Shown: positions 1 through 11,461 of the stretch, piece after piece
Position numbering within the stretch: position 1 is the stretch's first letter
How the letters are laid out: each line of letters starts with the position of its first letter
Translations under genes and position numbers: made by a program
The notes under the pieces: model-generated
What the model was told of the DNA's origin: nothing
The model's database searches: none
Seen by the model: only the letters and a program-made list of their open reading frames with translations
Assembly: GCA_944371905.1 (NCBI GenBank)
Contig: CALVYA010000001.1
Coordinates: 5,627-69,626 of the forward strand
Source of the DNA: an uncultured Bacilli bacterium
GTDB taxonomy: Bacteria; Bacillota_I; Bacilli_A; RF39; UBA660
Direction of reading: 5' to 3'
DNA length: 64,000 nucleotides

Positions 1-1117
1 TGACAATCCATTTCAGTTATTAGAGGAACAAGGAATAATAAAAGGCGAATATGTTCTTAAAGATAAATCTACTATAGATCGTGCGATAATGTTGGATCAA
101 AATTTAAGAAAAATAATTACTCCTCAATTAGTAAGAGAATATCCTATTTTAAATTTAATATATGCTAATGGAAGAATGAAAAACTACGATGAAATTATGC
201 AGGAGAAAGAACAATTATTGCAGCAAGTTGGTAATGAAGAAATAAAAGTAGTAGAAAGTCCTAATTATGTTCCTGAAATAAGAACAAAACAACAACAAGT
301 AAAGGCTTTGTATGGGGTTATTATAAAAACTGATCCTATGTTATATTTTGAAGATTTATTATCTCAAGAAGAAATAAATTTTCAAGATATAGTACAGTTA
401 TTTACAGATCATCCTAAATTATCTATATATTATGAAAGTCAGATTAATGATATATTATCTAGAAAGTATCCAAAGATTTCAGAAGAACAAAGAGAAACTA
501 TGAAAGAGGTTTTTGAAAAATTGAATTTTAAATTACCTGTAATTGATAGTAATGTTTCTTCTAAAGAAACAAAATCTGAACCATCAAAACCTGTTTTACC
601 TAGTATTGATGAATTGATTAGTAGGAGATCTTTACTAGAAGAACAACTACAGCAGTTTCGAAGTATGAGTCAAAATATGAATGCTGAAACATTTTCTCAA
701 ATGGTTAGTATAGAAAATGAAATAAAAGCATTATCTAATAGGATAGGGGTTATTCAGTCCAATCAAAAAATAAAAGATTTAAATAATATTAAAGATACAT
801 TAGGGTTTAATTTTGATGATCATATTTATACAATAGCAGAAGATCAAACAAGTGTGAGAAAAATTCCTAAAACTTCATCACAAATTCAAAGAGAATATAT
901 GGCTTTTACTAGATTGTTAGATAAAAAATTAGATAGTAACTCCATTAGTGAACAAAGATATCAGGAAGTTTCTAATTCATTATCTAATCTTTATTATCGC
1001 TATAAAAGTGATGCTGTAAAAAGGGAACACATTAGTACACATACGAACGTTAGTGTGGAAAGTAATATTATTAGTGAAATAAATAATACTCAAATATCTA
1101 ATGGTAGAAAATTGTAA
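1..1117 (+). CDS. hypothetical protein, 3' portion (ORF is open to the window start)
   Basis: Frame 2 is open from nt 2 to the stop at 1117. The product is Gln/Glu/Lys-rich and coiled-coil-like. No recognisable motif. Confidence 0.45.
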   Translation, partial: DNPFQLLEEQGIIKGEYVLKDKSTIDRAIMLDQNLRKIITPQLVREYPILNLIYANGRMKNYDEIMQEKEQLLQQVGNEEIKVVESPNYVPEIRTKQQQVKALYGVIIKTDPMLYFEDLLSQEEINFQDIVQLFTDHPKLSIYYESQINDILSRKYPKISEEQRETMKEVFEKLNFKLPVIDSNVSSKETKSEPSKPVLPSIDELISRRSLLEEQLQQFRSMSQNMNAETFSQMVSIENEIKALSNRIGVIQSNQKIKDLNNIKDTLGFNFDDHIYTIAEDQTSVRKIPKTSSQIQREYMAFTRLLDKKLDSNSISEQRYQEVSNSLSNLYYRYKSDAVKREHISTHTNVSVESNIISEINNTQISNGRKL

Positions 1118-1203
1118 GAAATTAAAAGCATTTAGTTTTTAATTTCTTTATTTTTATTCTTGATAATAGAGTTATGCTATAATAAATAAAGGAAGTGGTT
1201 GGT

Positions 1204-1827
1204 TTGAAAAGAAATATATATATTATACGACATAGTAGTCCTTTTGTTGAAATAGATCAAAGTGATAAAATACCTTTTGAGGAACAAAATAGAAATATGA
1301 TTTTATCTGTTAGTGCAGAAAAAAAAGCAGAAAAAGTTTCTGGGATGAGTAAATTTAAAAATATTCGTTCAGTTTATTCTAGTAATTCGCCAAGAGCCAT
1401 CGCAACGGCCAAATATTTTGCTGATATTAATCACAGTAAAATTAAAGTTAATAATTTGTTAAACGAAAGACATTTTGGCATTATTTATTTGGAAGAATTA
1501 CCTAATGATTTTGTGATTAAACAATTCGAAGACAAAAATTATAAATTAAAAAATGGTGAATCTTTAAACGAGGTAAAGATTCGTCTTAAACAATTTATAA
1601 ACAATGTTTTAGTACAAGAGAAGGAAGAGAATATTGTTATTATATTACATGGTATTTGTTTTATGTGTTTTTTGGACTTGTATTGTAATGTAAGTTATGA
1701 TGGTAAGAATTTTAAAGTAATACATGATGGTAAAATGATTTTTAATAAAATGATAAAACCACTAGAAATGTTTAAATTAGAATTAGACGACGATAAACTT
1801 TTAAAGATTAGTAATATAATATACTAA
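1204..1827 (+). CDS. histidine phosphatase superfamily protein (phosphoglycerate-mutase-like)
   Basis: N-terminal IYIIRHSSP (RHG-type catalytic motif), downstream NSPRAIATA and ILHG motifs. The track start is GTG 1195, which abuts the SD AAGGAAG; an in-frame TTG at 1204 has better spacing. Confidence 0.55.
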   Translation: MKRNIYIIRHSSPFVEIDQSDKIPFEEQNRNMILSVSAEKKAEKVSGMSKFKNIRSVYSSNSPRAIATAKYFADINHSKIKVNNLLNERHFGIIYLEELPNDFVIKQFEDKNYKLKNGESLNEVKIRLKQFINNVLVQEKEENIVIILHGICFMCFLDLYCNVSYDGKNFKVIHDGKMIFNKMIKPLEMFKLELDDDKLLKISNIIY

Positions 1828-1907
1828 AAATTAATGTAAAGATTAGTAAATATATAAGTTATTTCAATTGAGTTATTACTATTAGTATCTTATAATTAAT
1901 ATAGGAG

Positions 1908-2792
1908 TTGAGAGTTATGTCAAAAAGTTTGTATGAATTATTAATTATGATAGAAAGTAGTAGGGAGATGTATGATCGTTCAATTACAGTAACAGGGAAT
2001 GAAAGAATTCATTTATTAGAATTAACGAATGCTACTTATGAGTTAATTTCACAATTATCTGATATTATTTCTCCTAATATTTCTTCCATTTATTCGGGTG
2101 ATATAGATTCTTTTTATAGTGATATGGAAAATTTTATTACGGGTAGTCACTATTCTATTCCAGAAGATAAAAAAGATGAATTATTGGCCATTAGTCGCGA
2201 AGCAGAAGTTATAGATGAGCAAATAGGATCTGATGAGGTTGTAAGAGAATATGATAATTTAAAATCTAATCCCTTATATATTAGAATTATGGGACAAAAT
2301 GCAATGAAGCAAATTTCAGATTTAGAAAAAATTGCAGGTGGAAATACAAGATTTTCTTTAGAATCGGCTGGGTATGATGAGGAAGAGATTAATGAAAGTT
2401 ATGATAAATGGAATGAAATTTTATCATCTAAATTAAAAAGCGGATCTTTGAATGAAAGAGAATATGATTACTATTCTAGGCAATTAGGGTATTTAAAAGA
2501 TTATTACGTTAGTACTAGAAAAGGTGAGCAGGAAAAATATAATAATGTCTCTAGAGTTAGTTTATCTTTCGAAGATCATCAAAAAGAACAAACACAAACT
2601 TCTTTTGCATCTAATTCATCTTTACCTAATTCTCCTCAAAATAATGAGGATAAATTTTGGGATGAATTAAGTGCAAGATATAATTTAGATGAATTTCCTG
2701 AAACAGTAAGAGAGCGTTTTATGAGAAGTTATATGGGAGAACAAGAGCCAGTAGAAGAAGTAGAACCTGTAGAAAGACATAGAGTCCGTTAA
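1908..2792 (+). CDS. hypothetical protein
   Basis: 294-aa ORF with good coding texture and an acidic C-terminus. No recognisable motif. Confidence 0.4.
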   Translation: MRVMSKSLYELLIMIESSREMYDRSITVTGNERIHLLELTNATYELISQLSDIISPNISSIYSGDIDSFYSDMENFITGSHYSIPEDKKDELLAISREAEVIDEQIGSDEVVREYDNLKSNPLYIRIMGQNAMKQISDLEKIAGGNTRFSLESAGYDEEEINESYDKWNEILSSKLKSGSLNEREYDYYSRQLGYLKDYYVSTRKGEQEKYNNVSRVSLSFEDHQKEQTQTSFASNSSLPNSPQNNEDKFWDELSARYNLDEFPETVRERFMRSYMGEQEPVEEVEPVERHRVR

Positions 2793-2943
2793 AAAATTGA
2801 ATGTTTAAGTTTAACTTCGTTTCTTAAAGATGAGAAACGATTTTTTATATGAAATTTAAATGAAAAAAAGGCGTTATTATGGATAAAAAAAATAAACTAT
2901 AGTATAATATTTTTGAATTAAAAATAGCAAAGAAGATGATTGT

Positions 2944-4482
2944 ATGAATAGAACAAAAAAATGGTTTAGAGATTTATTTAAAAGAAGGATGTTTGTTGCG
3001 TTTTTAATATTAATACAGCTTTTTTTAATTATTTATTTTATAATGAGTGGGAGTAGTTCTCTATTAATTAATATTTTGTTAAAATTAATAAGTATATTAG
3101 TAGCTCTTCATATAGTAGCCAAAAAAGATAAAAGTGCATATAAATTAACGTGGGTATTTTTGATATTATTGTTTCCAGTATTTGGAGGATTATTTTATTT
3201 ATTATTTAAATTTCAATCATCTACTAGAATATTTTCTAAAAAAATAGATGTAGTTGATGAACAGTCAAAGGAATTGTTTTTACTTCCTAATAATAATTAT
3301 GAAAAGGCTAGTAAAGCTCTTAAAGATTTTGTTCCTTTAATTAGTTATTTGCAAAATTTTTCTAATTTTCCAGTATATGAACATACTAAACCTACTTTTC
3401 TTGCCTCTGGTGAAAAGATGTTTGAAGAATTATTAAAAGAATTATCTAAGGCAGAAAAGTATATATTTTTAGAATATTTTATTATTCAAGAAGGATTAAT
3501 GTGGAATAGTATTTTAGAAATATTGAAAGAAAAGGTAAAACAAGGAGTCGAAGTTAGAATTATTTATGATGATATGGGATGTTTTCTATTACTCCCTAAT
3601 AATTACAATAAACGACTAGAGAGTTATGGTATAAAATGTGTAGTATTTAATAAATTTAGACCATTTTTAGCGTCTATTCAAAATAATAGAGATCACCGTA
3701 AAATAGCTATTATTGATGGAAAAGTGGCTTTTACTGGAGGAATAAATTTATCAGATGAATATATCAATGTTTATGAAAGATTTGGACATTGGAAAGATGC
3801 AGGAGTGATGATAAAAGGAGAAGCCGCATGGAGTTTTACTATGATGTTTTTACAACAATGGGCTATATGTAAAAGTTCTTATGAAAATTATCTTGATTAT
3901 TATCCTTGGCAAGATAAAAAATGTACTATTCATAGTGATGGATATGTTCAACCATATGCGGATAGTCCTATGGATAAGGAAAATATAGGAGAACATGTTT
4001 ATTTACATATAATTAATAATGCTAAGAAATATATTTATATAAATACTCCTTATTTAATAATAGATGATAGTATGGTTTCTTCCTTAGTGTTAGCAGCTAA
4101 AAGCGGAATAGATGTTAGAATTACAGTACCGTATCGAGCAGATAAAAAGTTAATTCATTTTACAACAAGATCATACTATAGAGATCTAATAAAAGCAGGA
4201 GTTAAAATTTATGAATATTCCAAAGGATTCATTCATTCAAAAAGTTTTATATCTGATGATAAAATAGCGACGATGGGCACTACTAATTTAGATTTTAGAA
4301 GTTTGTATTTACATTTTGAATGTGGTAGTTGTTTATACAATAATGATTGTATTCTTGAAATGAAAGAAGATTTTCTTAAAACGATTGAAGTTTGTAAAGA
4401 AATTACTATCGAAGATTGTAAAGGTAATTTTATTACAAGAATTCTTCAAGATATATGTAGATTATTCGCACCGTTGATGTAA
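2944..4482 (+). CDS. cls: cardiolipin synthase (phospholipase D family)
   Basis: Two N-terminal TM helices and two HKD motifs (HRKIAIIDGKVAFTGGINL and HSKSFISDDKIATMGTTNLD). Length 512 aa, typical of bacterial Cls. Confidence 0.85.
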   Translation: MNRTKKWFRDLFKRRMFVAFLILIQLFLIIYFIMSGSSSLLINILLKLISILVALHIVAKKDKSAYKLTWVFLILLFPVFGGLFYLLFKFQSSTRIFSKKIDVVDEQSKELFLLPNNNYEKASKALKDFVPLISYLQNFSNFPVYEHTKPTFLASGEKMFEELLKELSKAEKYIFLEYFIIQEGLMWNSILEILKEKVKQGVEVRIIYDDMGCFLLLPNNYNKRLESYGIKCVVFNKFRPFLASIQNNRDHRKIAIIDGKVAFTGGINLSDEYINVYERFGHWKDAGVMIKGEAAWSFTMMFLQQWAICKSSYENYLDYYPWQDKKCTIHSDGYVQPYADSPMDKENIGEHVYLHIINNAKKYIYINTPYLIIDDSMVSSLVLAAKSGIDVRITVPYRADKKLIHFTTRSYYRDLIKAGVKIYEYSKGFIHSKSFISDDKIATMGTTNLDFRSLYLHFECGSCLYNNDCILEMKEDFLKTIEVCKEITIEDCKGNFITRILQDICRLFAPLM

Positions 4483-4503
4483 GAAAATAAAAGGAGGACT
4501 GTT

Positions 4504-6216
4504 ATGTTTAATGTAAACAAAGAAGAAAAAGAAATAATGGAGGAAAAATTTAATAAACCATGGCTCAAATATTATCAAGGAGATTTTGAACATGTAGATT
4601 ATTTTGATGGATCTTTATATGAAAAGATTTTAGATGTTTCAAGTAGGTTTCCTAATAATTATGCTTTAGAGTATTTTGGTAAAAAATATACTTATAAGCA
4701 AATGATAAATGAAATAGATAGAGTATCAATATCTCTTAATAATCTGGGAATTAAAGAAAATGATTATGTAACTATTTGTATGGTAAATTGTCCAGAAGCA
4801 ATTTTTACTTTTTATGCAATTAATAAAATAGGTGCTATTGCTAATATTATTCATCCTCTATCTAGTGAGAATGAAATAAAGCAATATTTAAAAGGGACAA
4901 AATCAACATGCATTTTCATTAGTGATTTTGTATATTATAAGTTAAAAAATATTAAAGTTAAGCAAGTAATTGTGGTTCCTATTGCTAATAGTATGAATAT
5001 GGTAATGAAAACACTTTATAATATTACAACGAAAAAGAAAAATAAAATACATGATTTACAGTCAAATACTATAGTGTGGAAAAAGTTTTTAACTAAAGGT
5101 AATGATAAAAATATTGATACTTTTAAGAAAAGAGAAAAAGATGATGATGCTGTTATTTTATATAGCGGAGGAACAACGGGTAAACCTAAAGGTGTAATTC
5201 TTACTAATCTTTGTTTTAATGCTGTTAGTAAACATTGCGATTTAATGGTTGATAACACTGATCCTGGAAATAGTATTTTATCCTATTTACCTATTTTTCA
5301 TGGATTTGGGTTAGCTATTTGTATTCATACTCCTTTATCTATTGGTATGAAATGTATTTTAATTCCTAAGTTAAATGTAAAGAAAATTAATAAAATTGTG
5401 GAAAAGACTAAACCAAATTTTTTGCCAGTAATTCCTTCTTTATTAGAAGTGATGGTAAAGGATAAAAAGGCTAGTAAAAAAGCTTTAAAAAGTGTTTTAT
5501 GTGTTTTGTCAGGTGGAGATTTTTTAAATATTGATTTAAAAACTAGAGCAGAAAAGTATTTAAAAGAACATGGTGCTAAGGCAGTAATTAGGATTGGATA
5601 TGGATTAACAGAAGTCACGGCTGCAACTTGTGTTAGTTTAGTAGAGAATTATCAAAAAGGTAGTATAGGAATTCCTTTTCCAGATACTTTATATAAAATT
5701 GTAAAAACTAATACTAATATTACGGCAGATATAAATGAAATAGGAGAGATTTGTATATGTGGTCCTACAGTAATGAAGGGGTATTTAAATGATCAAAATG
5801 AGACTTATAAAGCGATAAGAGTGCATGAAGATGGAAAGAAATGGCTTCATACTGGAGATTTGGGTAGAATGGATGAAAATGGAATTTTCTATTTTGAAAC
5901 AAGACTGAAAAGAATGATTATCTCTAATGGATGTAATATTTATCCAAATTACTTAGAAGAAATTTATAACAAGCATCCTCTGATAGAAACTTCAATTGTA
6001 GTGGGAATTCAGGATGATATCAAACAACAAGTGGCAAAAGCAATTATTGTTTTAAAAAAGAATATTAAATTAACCGAAGAAGTAAAAAATAATATTATTG
6101 AATATGCCAAAAAAAATATTGTAAAATATGCTTTACCTAAAGAATATGAATATGTTGATAGTTTACCGAAAACTCCAATCGGAAAAGTAGATTATAAAAA
6201 ATTTGAAAAAAAATAA
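4504..6216 (+). CDS. AMP-dependent synthetase/ligase (acyl-CoA synthetase-like)
   Basis: AMP-binding signature YSGGTTGKPKGV. GYGLTE and DLGRMDENG motifs match the adenylate-forming enzyme family. Confidence 0.8.
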   Translation: MFNVNKEEKEIMEEKFNKPWLKYYQGDFEHVDYFDGSLYEKILDVSSRFPNNYALEYFGKKYTYKQMINEIDRVSISLNNLGIKENDYVTICMVNCPEAIFTFYAINKIGAIANIIHPLSSENEIKQYLKGTKSTCIFISDFVYYKLKNIKVKQVIVVPIANSMNMVMKTLYNITTKKKNKIHDLQSNTIVWKKFLTKGNDKNIDTFKKREKDDDAVILYSGGTTGKPKGVILTNLCFNAVSKHCDLMVDNTDPGNSILSYLPIFHGFGLAICIHTPLSIGMKCILIPKLNVKKINKIVEKTKPNFLPVIPSLLEVMVKDKKASKKALKSVLCVLSGGDFLNIDLKTRAEKYLKEHGAKAVIRIGYGLTEVTAATCVSLVENYQKGSIGIPFPDTLYKIVKTNTNITADINEIGEICICGPTVMKGYLNDQNETYKAIRVHEDGKKWLHTGDLGRMDENGIFYFETRLKRMIISNGCNIYPNYLEEIYNKHPLIETSIVVGIQDDIKQQVAKAIIVLKKNIKLTEEVKNNIIEYAKKNIVKYALPKEYEYVDSLPKTPIGKVDYKKFEKK

Positions 6217-6242
6217 TGATTTATAAGTCATTATTTTTTTTG
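6215..6242 (+). terminator. rho-independent terminator
   Basis: Palindrome aatgatttataagtcatt followed by a T-run. Confidence 0.5.
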
Positions 6243-6282
6243 TTTATATAGTCTATTATTATAGTTAATAATTTTTAATGCT

Positions 6283-7185
<903 letters not shown>

Positions 7186-7200
7186 AAGGATTTATTAAAA

Positions 7201-7232
7201 TAAACTACTGGATTTTCCGGTAGTTTATTATT
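7201..7232 (+). terminator. rho-independent terminator
   Basis: 11-bp stem taaactactgg / ccggtagttta with a weak T-run. Confidence 0.45.
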
Positions 7233-7270
7233 GTATTAATTTTATTGGTGTACATATTCGATTAATACTA

Positions 7271-7279
7271 CATAAATTA
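7271..7279 (+). promoter_or_regulatory. candidate sigma-K-type promoter (AC -35 at 7252..7253, -10 CATAAATTA)
   Basis: AC-N17-CATAAATTA arrangement 24 nt upstream of the ATG. Confidence 0.4.
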
Positions 7280-7302
7280 ATTTTGAAAGGATATGTTATG
7301 AA

Positions 7303-8094
7303 ATGAAAAGTGAAGATTTTAATAATTATTTGAAAAAATATCCAAGATTTTGTTACTTTATACTTCCTCATTTAACGGGTCCAACGGGAGCAATCGGACC
7401 AACAGGACCAACAGGACCAACGGGACCAACCGGAGCAACGGGAGCAATCGGACCAACCGGAGCAACGGGAGCAATTGGACCAACAGGACCAACCGGAGCA
7501 ACGGGAGCAACGGGAGCAATTGGACCAACAGGACCAACCGGAGCAATCGGACCAACAGGACCAATAGGAGCAACAGGACCAACCGGAGCAATTGGACCAA
7601 CAGGACCAACCGGAGCAACGGGAGCAACGGGAGCAATCGGACCAACCGGAGCAACAGGACCAATGGGAACTAGTGCAGTTCCTGAGTCGTTATCAACAGT
7701 AGATATTGCACCACAACCTGGTATTGCTAGTCAGCCATTATCTTTTAATATTAATACTGTAACATCAGGTCAATTGATTACACATGCTACGAATTCTCCT
7801 AATATTATAATTTCAGGTAATGGGATTTATCAAGTATTATTTAATGGAAGCATAGCCCCTTTCTCTAGTACTACTTTACCTGCTTCCATTGTTATTTATT
7901 TAACTACCAATGGTTCTATTAGTAATATAGGAGCTACACAAACGTTTACTTCTATAGAAACAGATACTATTTCTTTTCAGGGGTTAATTAAAATAACAAA
8001 TGCACCAGTTACTTTAAATGTTTTAGTAGAAAATTCTGGTTTTTTATTTAGCAATATTACTCTAACAGTTATTAGATTAGGAAATATTAGTTAA
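7303..8094 (+). CDS. BclA-like collagen-like exosporium glycoprotein, paralogue 2
   Basis: About 33 G-P/A-T and G-A-I triplets (9-bp tandem repeats 7378..7670), then a Thr/Ser/Asn-rich C-terminal beta domain. Tandem with 6313..7185. Confidence 0.75.
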   Translation: MKSEDFNNYLKKYPRFCYFILPHLTGPTGAIGPTGPTGPTGPTGATGAIGPTGATGAIGPTGPTGATGATGAIGPTGPTGAIGPTGPIGATGPTGAIGPTGPTGATGATGAIGPTGATGPMGTSAVPESLSTVDIAPQPGIASQPLSFNINTVTSGQLITHATNSPNIIISGNGIYQVLFNGSIAPFSSTTLPASIVIYLTTNGSISNIGATQTFTSIETDTISFQGLIKITNAPVTLNVLVENSGFLFSNITLTVIRLGNIS

Positions 8095-8146
8095 TTAGTT
8101 TAGATGAAATAGTAGTTTTTTGTTATGATAATTCTTTTTTGATTAT

Positions 8147-8155
8147 CATAAATTA
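8147..8155 (+). promoter_or_regulatory. candidate sigma-K-type -10 element CATAAATTA
   Basis: CATAnnnTA match 20 nt upstream of the glycosyltransferase ATG. Confidence 0.3.
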
Positions 8156-8175
8156 AATTAGGAGTTGTTATAAAA

Positions 8176-9267
8176 ATGAGTAAAAAATATAAAATATGTG
8201 TTTATGCTATTTCTAAAAATGAAGAAAAGTTTGTAGATCGTTGGGTTGCTTCTATGAAGGAAGCAGATGCTATTTATGTATTGGATACTGGTTCAACAGA
8301 TAATACTGTCCAAAAGTTAAGAGAAAAAGGAGTTAATGTTAAAGTAGATTTTATCGTACCATGGCGATTTGATGTAGCAAGAAATAAATCTTTAGAATGG
8401 ATACCAGAAGATTTTGATATTTGTGTTTGTACAGATTTAGATGAAGTATTTAAAGAAGGATGGAGGGAAGAATTGGAGTCTAAATGGGATAAAGGTACTA
8501 CTAGAGCTTCTTATAATTATAATTGGAGTTTTGATGAATATGATCGTCCAAAGGTGAACTTTTATATTGAAAAAATTCATTCTAGAAATAATTATAGATG
8601 GGTTCATCCAGTTCATGAAGTATTAGAATATACTGGTCAAAAAAGTGAAACTAAAGTAGTAATAGATAAAATTACTTTAAATCATTATCCTGATCATCAA
8701 AAATCACGTAGTTCTTATTTGCCTTTATTGGAATTATCGGTAAAGGAAGATCCTACAGATGATAGAAATATGCATTATTTAGGAAGAGAATATATGTATT
8801 ATGGAAAATGGAATGAAGCGATTGATACTTTAATTCGTCATTTATCTCTACCTAAAGCTACATGGAAAGATGAACGAAGCGCATCTATGCGTTTTATTTC
8901 TAGATGCTATATTGAATTAGAAAGATATGAAGAGGCTCGAATGTGGTTATCTAAAGCTATTGTAGAAACTCCATATTTAAGGGATCCCTATGTAGAAATG
9001 GCTTTATTAGAGTACAGACTAAATCGTTGGGATAAAGTAGAATTTTATTGTAAAGAAGCCTTAAAAATAACTAAACATGAAAAGACATATATTAATGAAC
9101 CGTTTAGTTGGGATTATACCATTTATGATTTATTATCTTTAAGTTGCTTTTATCAACAAAAATTTGTGGATTCATTGGAATATATAAATAAAGCAATAAA
9201 AATGGATCCGAATAATCAAAGATTATTAAAAAATAAAGAGTTAATATTAAAACATTTAAATAATTAA
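8176..9267 (+). CDS. family 2 glycosyltransferase with C-terminal TPR-like repeats
   Basis: GT-A N-terminus (ICVYAISKNEEKFV, DTGSTDNT, DxD-like TDLDE). C-terminal helical repeats. Position directly after the collagen-like genes parallels bclA-associated glycosyltransferases. Confidence 0.7.
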   Translation: MSKKYKICVYAISKNEEKFVDRWVASMKEADAIYVLDTGSTDNTVQKLREKGVNVKVDFIVPWRFDVARNKSLEWIPEDFDICVCTDLDEVFKEGWREELESKWDKGTTRASYNYNWSFDEYDRPKVNFYIEKIHSRNNYRWVHPVHEVLEYTGQKSETKVVIDKITLNHYPDHQKSRSSYLPLLELSVKEDPTDDRNMHYLGREYMYYGKWNEAIDTLIRHLSLPKATWKDERSASMRFISRCYIELERYEEARMWLSKAIVETPYLRDPYVEMALLEYRLNRWDKVEFYCKEALKITKHEKTYINEPFSWDYTIYDLLSLSCFYQQKFVDSLEYINKAIKMDPNNQRLLKNKELILKHLNN

Positions 9268-9288
9268 TCAACATAACCGAACACTATT

Positions 9289-9297
9289 CATAAGTTA
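9289..9297 (+). promoter_or_regulatory. candidate sigma-K-type promoter (AC at 9271..9272, -10 CATAAGTTA)
   Basis: AC-N16-CATAAGTTA arrangement 14 nt upstream of the sod ATG. Confidence 0.3.
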
Positions 9298-9311
9298 TAT
9301 TAGGTGATAAA

Positions 9312-9923
9312 ATGTATAATCCGATTAATTTAAACTATTCTGTTAATGAATTAGAACCATATATTGATGGCGAAACTGTAATGATACATTATGAAAAACA
9401 TTATATGAATTATTTAAATAAATTAAACCAGATATTAAATAAATATAATTTTAATTTTGATATTGATAAAGAATTTATATTTGATAACATAGATAAATTT
9501 AATGAAGAAGATCGAGAAGACGTATTATATAATTTAGGCGGAGTAGTCAATCATGAACTTTATTTTTCGAATATGGATCCGTCATTAAATAACATTCCTA
9601 TGGGAAGTATAAAAAAAGCTATTGATACTAAATATGGAAATTATGAAAATTTTAAGAACGAATTTATCAAAAAAGCAATGGCATTTAGGGGTTCTGGGTA
9701 CGTATTTTTAGTTTTAACCCCAAATGGCGATATAGATATCGTTGCTCTTGACAATCAAGATAGCCCCTATAAGTATGGTTTAATTCCTATTATGGCTATG
9801 GATATATGGGAGCATTCTTATTACTTGAAACATCAAAATAGAAAAGAAGACTATTTTAATGATTTTTTCAAAGTAGTTAATTATTCTTATATTAATAATT
9901 TGTATGAAGATGAAAAAATATAA
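9312..9923 (+). CDS. sodA: Fe/Mn superoxide dismutase
   Basis: N-terminal HYEKHY metal-ligand region and C-terminal DIWEHSYYL motif of Fe/Mn SODs. 203 aa. Confidence 0.8.
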   Translation: MYNPINLNYSVNELEPYIDGETVMIHYEKHYMNYLNKLNQILNKYNFNFDIDKEFIFDNIDKFNEEDREDVLYNLGGVVNHELYFSNMDPSLNNIPMGSIKKAIDTKYGNYENFKNEFIKKAMAFRGSGYVFLVLTPNGDIDIVALDNQDSPYKYGLIPIMAMDIWEHSYYLKHQNRKEDYFNDFFKVVNYSYINNLYEDEKI

Positions 9924-10024
9924 TAAATATTAAAAAAACTATGTTCATATTTGCGTTTTCCTGTTATAATTATAATAGGGTATCGTAGAGGATACATTTT
10001 AAGAATGGTAAAGGGGCGCGCATT

Positions 10025-11461
10025 ATGAAGAATTTAATAGGAAATGATTGGAGAGATTCCTCTAATCTTAATGTAATAGAAGTATTTAATCCTGCTACTA
10101 AGAGTTTAATTGATACTATTCCAAATTCGACAGTGGATGATGTAGTATTAGCAGTTAATATTGCGAAAGATGCTCAACCTAGTTGGGAAGTAACACCAAT
10201 TTATGAACGAGGAGAAATATTAATTAAGTTTGCTAAAATCTTATGGGAAGAAAAAGATGACTTGGCTACTGTTTTATCAGAAGAGAGTGGTAAAGCTTTC
10301 AAAGAATCTTTAAAGGAATTAGAAAATTTACATGAAACCGTTTCAGCTTGCGTAGAACGTGCTAAACATTTATACGGAACAGCGATATCTTCTAGTTTAG
10401 AAATGTCTGGTGATAAATCTTTCCAGTTTACTAAAAGAGAGGCAATAGGAATAGTAGGAGTTATACTACCATATAATTTTAAATTTGATATATTGTCCCA
10501 AAAAATAGCTAGTGCTTTAATTATGGGAAATGCGGTAGTAGTAAAACCAAGTAAAAAAGTACCACTAACCATTACTAAAATTGTTTACATGTTAAGACAG
10601 GCTGGTGTATATGAAGGCGTTATTCAAGTTATTCATGGTGACGGTAAAACAGTAGGGCAAGCATTAGCTATGCATCCTGATGTTAATGTAGTAACATTTA
10701 ATGGTTCTACGGCCAATGGTATTAGAGTTATGGGATCAGCTTCTAAAAATTTAAGCAAAACAGTATTGAGTTTAGGCGGAAATAATGCTTTTATTCTTTG
10801 TAAAGATGGAAATGTTGATTTAGCTGTAGAAGAAGCTGCTAAAGGTAGATTTTACAATGCTGGACAATTAAGTTCTTGTAATAAAAGATTTTTAATTCAT
10901 AAGACGTTAAAAGAAGAATTTATTAATAAATTAATTAGAAAAATAGGATCCATAAAATTGGGAATTCCTACCGATAAAGATACTGATTTGGGTTGTTTGA
11001 TTAGCGAGAAGAATGCTCAAAAAGTAGAAAAACAAGTTAATGATATGGTTGCTATGGGTGCTAAATTAGTAATTGGTGGCGGTAGAAGTGGAGCTTTTTA
11101 TGAACCTACAATTATTTCTGATGTTCATAGAAATATGCCAGTAGCTTCTAATTTGGATATTTTAGGACCAGTAGTATCTATTATTGAATTTGAAAATATA
11201 AATGATGCTATTGATATTGTAAATCAGTCTGCCTATGGATGTGGAACTAGTATTTTTACTAATAATACTAATGTAGCTTTTCAAGTTGCAGATCTTATAA
11301 AGAACGGTAATATTGTAATTAATGGTTCAACTTTAAATGATATGGTTGAAATCAGTAGTGAAGGATGGAAATATTCTGGATTAGGGAAAGAAGGAATTAC
11401 CGCTTCTCTAGAAGAAATGTCCAAAAATAAAGTAATTATTTTAAATAATGTGTTAGAGTAA
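10025..11461 (+). CDS. NAD(P)-dependent aldehyde dehydrogenase family protein
   Basis: ALDH motifs LSLGGNNAFI (ELGG-like) and GQLSSC (catalytic Cys region). 478 aa. Confidence 0.8.
   Translation: MKNLIGNDWRDSSNLNVIEVFNPATKSLIDTIPNSTVDDVVLAVNIAKDAQPSWEVTPIYERGEILIKFAKILWEEKDDLATVLSEESGKAFKESLKELENLHETVSACVERAKHLYGTAISSSLEMSGDKSFQFTKREAIGIVGVILPYNFKFDILSQKIASALIMGNAVVVKPSKKVPLTITKIVYMLRQAGVYEGVIQVIHGDGKTVGQALAMHPDVNVVTFNGSTANGIRVMGSASKNLSKTVLSLGGNNAFILCKDGNVDLAVEEAAKGRFYNAGQLSSCNKRFLIHKTLKEEFINKLIRKIGSIKLGIPTDKDTDLGCLISEKNAQKVEKQVNDMVAMGAKLVIGGGRSGAFYEPTIISDVHRNMPVASNLDILGPVVSIIEFENINDAIDIVNQSAYGCGTSIFTNNTNVAFQVADLIKNGNIVINGSTLNDMVEISSEGWKYSGLGKEGITASLEEMSKNKVIILNNVLE

Noticed and set aside
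5016-5618. Two minus-strand ORFs (80 and 97 aa) inside the acyl-CoA ligase gene
   Set aside because: Fully embedded antisense to a well-supported CDS with AMP-binding motifs. Products are hydrophobic and low-complexity, as expected from AT-rich antisense frames.
7350-7673. Two more repeat-generated ORFs (+ and -) inside the second collagen-like gene
   Set aside because: Same reason: translation of tandem repeats in the wrong frame or strand.
10201-10572. Minus-strand ORF inside the aldehyde dehydrogenase gene
   Set aside because: Embedded antisense ORF with no RBS. The ALDH frame has clear family motifs.
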